Shown here piece by piece: positions 62,049 to 64,000 of a stretch of DNA of 64,000 nt. Position numbers and translations under genes: made by a program. Below the pieces are notes generated by a model. The model was not told the DNA's origin. It worked only from the letters and a program-made list of their open reading frames with translations, and ran no database searches. Position 1 is the stretch's first letter. Every line of letters starts with the position of its first letter. Source of the DNA: an uncultured Acidobacteriota bacterium (GTDB taxonomy: Bacteria; Acidobacteriota; Polarisedimenticolia; JACPZX01; DASXTC01); contig CAWDYA010000008.1 in assembly GCA_963806495.1 (NCBI GenBank), forward strand, positions 321,114-385,113, written 5' to 3'.

Positions 62049-63488
62049 ATGCTCATCCACATGATCGGGATCTGCGGCACCGGCATGGGTTCGCTCGCCG
62101 GCCTGCTGCGCGAGGCGGGCCATCAGGTCCGGGGATCGGACGAGAACGTCTACCCCCCGGTCTCCACGATGCTGCGCGCGCGCGATATCCCGATCCTCGA
62201 GGGATACCGGGCGGAGCACATCACGGCCGATCCCGGACCCGACCTGGTGGTCGTGGGCAACATCGCCAGCCGGACCAATCCCGAGGCGGCGGCCCTGCCC
62301 GGGTCGGGAATCGAGTATCTGAGCATGCCCCAGGCGCTCGCGCGTTTCTTCCTTTCGAGCCGGCATCCGGTGGTGGTGGCCGGCACCCACGGCAAGACGA
62401 CCACGACGGCCTTGATCTCGCGGATGCTGCTCGGCGCGGGCCTCGATCCCTCGTTTCTGGTGGGCGGCGTGCTGAAGGACCTCGACGGATCATACCGGCT
62501 CGGCGGCGGCGAGGCGTTCGTCATCGAGGGGGACGAGTACGAGACAGCCTTCTTCGACAAGGGACCCAAGTTCCTGCACTACATGCCGCGCACGGCGGTG
62601 CTGACCAGCGTGGAGTACGACCACGCGGAGATGTTCCCGTCGCTCGACGCGGTCAAGAGCGCGTTCTCCTCCTTCGTGGATCTCGTCCCGCCGGCCGACG
62701 CCGGCGGCCGGCTGATCGTCTGCGCCGACGACCCTCTCGCGCTGGCGCTGTCGGGCCCTTGTCGCGGGAAGGTCGTCACCTATGGCACGGGCCCTCAGGC
62801 CGAGGTGCGCGGGCGCGTGCTGGAGACGGGCCCGGACGGGATGACGTTCGAGGCCGCCGCCGGGGACGGCGGCACGGCGAGATTCACGGTCGCGCTGACG
62901 GGCGTGCACAACATGCGCAACGCGCTGTCGGCCGTCCTGGTCGGGCGAGCGTTCGGTCTGCCGGACGAGGCGATCCGGAAGGGGCTGGCCACCTTCTCCG
63001 GCGTGCGCCGCCGGCAGGAAGTGCGCGGGGTGCAGGGGGGTGTCACGGTCATCGACGACTTCGCCCACCATCCCACGGCGGTGCGGGAGACGATCGCGGC
63101 CACACGTGCCCGTTTTGCGGGTCGGCCACTCTGGGCCGTGTTCGAGCCGCGCACCAACACCACGCGGCGCGATGTCTTCCAGATCGATTATGCGCGCGCC
63201 TTCGACGGCGCCGACGAAGTGGTGATCGCGCCGGTGGATCACCCGGAGCGGGCGCCCGAGGGGCACAGGTTCAACGTGCATCAGCTCGTGGAGGATCTGC
63301 GTCTGGTGGGGATCTCGGCACGCCATCTCGCGGGCGGGGTCCCCGAGATCGTCTCCTACATCGCCCGCCGCTCCCGGCCCGGCGACGTGGTGCTCATCAT
63401 GAGCAACGGCGGCTTCGGTGGCATCCACGATCGATTGCTGGACGCGCTCGCCGCCCGCGAGCAGGCCGGCGAGAACGCTGCGGGCTGA
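62049..63488 (+). CDS. mpl: UDP-N-acetylmuramate:L-alanyl-gamma-D-glutamyl-meso-diaminopimelate ligase (murein peptide ligase)
   Basis: MLIHMIGICGTGMGSLAGLLREAGHQVRGSDENVYPPVSTML... closely matches the Mpl N-terminus, and the Mur ligase motif AGTHGKTTTTALI is present. Confidence 0.9.
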   Translation: MLIHMIGICGTGMGSLAGLLREAGHQVRGSDENVYPPVSTMLRARDIPILEGYRAEHITADPGPDLVVVGNIASRTNPEAAALPGSGIEYLSMPQALARFFLSSRHPVVVAGTHGKTTTTALISRMLLGAGLDPSFLVGGVLKDLDGSYRLGGGEAFVIEGDEYETAFFDKGPKFLHYMPRTAVLTSVEYDHAEMFPSLDAVKSAFSSFVDLVPPADAGGRLIVCADDPLALALSGPCRGKVVTYGTGPQAEVRGRVLETGPDGMTFEAAAGDGGTARFTVALTGVHNMRNALSAVLVGRAFGLPDEAIRKGLATFSGVRRRQEVRGVQGGVTVIDDFAHHPTAVRETIAATRARFAGRPLWAVFEPRTNTTRRDVFQIDYARAFDGADEVVIAPVDHPERAPEGHRFNVHQLVEDLRLVGISARHLAGGVPEIVSYIARRSRPGDVVLIMSNGGFGGIHDRLLDALAAREQAGENAAG

Positions 63489-63850
63489 GGAAGAGGACCG
63501 CGCCCAGGACCGCTCCGCGGCCCCTGCCGGTCCGAACCCGGGCTGACGGCCACGTAACCGGTGGCCCCGGCCGGACCCTCCAGGCAGACCGACTCACCTG
63601 TAGTGGCTGCGATCGCTGGTTCGCCTCGTCCCGGCCAGGTACGGTTGTGCGCCGGTCTTCCGAGCTCGCTCACCTGCACGCTGACGAACAGAAGCATCAT
63701 GCCGCAGGTCGTCGCCGCCGCAATCAAGGCACTCCTGGCCGTCACGGTCGTCCGCCTTGGGGAGCGCCGGGCAACTCTGACCAGCAAAGGGACCAGAGCG
63801 CCGACACCGACAAGCGCCGCGACCAGCCACATCCACTGCGCCTGGTTCAT
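63356..63850 (-). CDS. possible small membrane protein (extent uncertain; the ORF runs into the mpl 3' end)
   Basis: The N-terminus MNQAQWMWLVAALVGVGALVPLLV...MMLLFVSV has two hydrophobic helices. The tail overlaps mpl by about 130 bp and looks non-coding. Confidence 0.3.
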   Translation of the reverse strand: MNQAQWMWLVAALVGVGALVPLLVRVARRSPRRTTVTARSALIAAATTCGMMLLFVSVQVSELGRPAHNRTWPGRGEPAIAATTGESVCLEGPAGATGYVAVSPGSDRQGPRSGPGRGPLPQPAAFSPACSRAASASSNRSWMPPKPPLLMMSTTSPGRERRAM

Positions 63851-64000
63851 CGCATGCCTCCCGGGGTGTGAAGCAAGCCTGTGCCGCGAATTTCATCGGT
63901 TCTCATCGTACGCCGGAACCTGCGCGGCGTGGAGCCGTTGGCCGCATCAGGTCCGCCAGCGCGCGTCCGCTCGCCTCGATGCTGAACAGCGACTCGGCGA

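Noticed and set aside
1-64000. Mobile element, prophage or defence island
   Set aside because: No transposase, integrase, phage structural genes, toxin-antitoxin, restriction-modification or nuclease-helicase signatures were seen. The only mobile-like signal is the small 26-bp inverted-repeat unit reported separately.

Overview
This window is about 64 kb of high-GC (roughly 68-70%) chromosomal DNA from a diderm (Gram-negative-type) bacterium, and it looks like a metagenome-assembled contig. No rRNA, tRNA, CRISPR array, IS element or integrase was recognised, so it is core chromosome with envelope-related loci rather than a mobile island.

Gene content, 5' to 3':
- A sigma54 (NtrC-type) response regulator, immediately followed by a translationally coupled beta-oxidation operon. 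The operon is an acyl-CoA ligase, a thiolase, a FadB-like enoyl-CoA hydratase/3-hydroxyacyl-CoA dehydrogenase, an embedded LMW-PTP/ArsC-family gene and an acyl-CoA dehydrogenase.
- A heavily frameshifted M1 aminopeptidase-like pseudogene, then gatB.
- An ftsE-ftsX operon. A Peptidase_MA-like HExxH membrane protein sits directly upstream of it.
- A converging operon of VWA, TPR, secreted and large outer-membrane proteins. The last is an HExxH domain fused to a TolB-like beta-propeller and an Omp85-like barrel.
- aroA with a perfect bidirectional terminator, a porin, and an M20 peptidase.
- An orphan histidine kinase and an S8 subtilase with a downstream lipoprotein.
- An SDR oxidoreductase, a methyltransferase, an EamA transporter and an M14 carboxypeptidase.
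- A GltD-like FAD/4Fe-4S oxidoreductase that is probably fused to an FNR-like domain.
- A PQQ/SGDH-like beta-propeller dehydrogenase.
- A DUF523-DUF1722 protein paired with a class II CPD photolyase.
- A giant secreted beta-helix protein carrying about 17 thrombospondin type-3 Ca-binding repeats.
- A cell-envelope glycan locus: sulfatase, two GT4 glycosyltransferases, a polytopic membrane protein, an ArnT-like GT-C and ArnC-like GT2 pair, a Kdo-kinase-like protein, a radical SAM/SPASM enzyme, an AsnB-like amidotransferase, and Mpl.

At least seven otherwise intact genes carry isolated single-base frameshifts. The M1 peptidase gene alone carries about nine.

The candidates most worth follow-up are the FtsEX locus flanked by two Peptidase_MA-like HExxH proteins (one inner-membrane-anchored, one fused to a beta-propeller and an outer-membrane barrel); the thrombospondin type-3 repeat protein next to a sulfatase and glycosyltransferases; the radical-SAM/SPASM gene inside the lipopolysaccharide-type locus; a 26-bp inverted-repeat pair bracketing a divergent promoter; and the fused GltD/FNR-like oxidoreductase.
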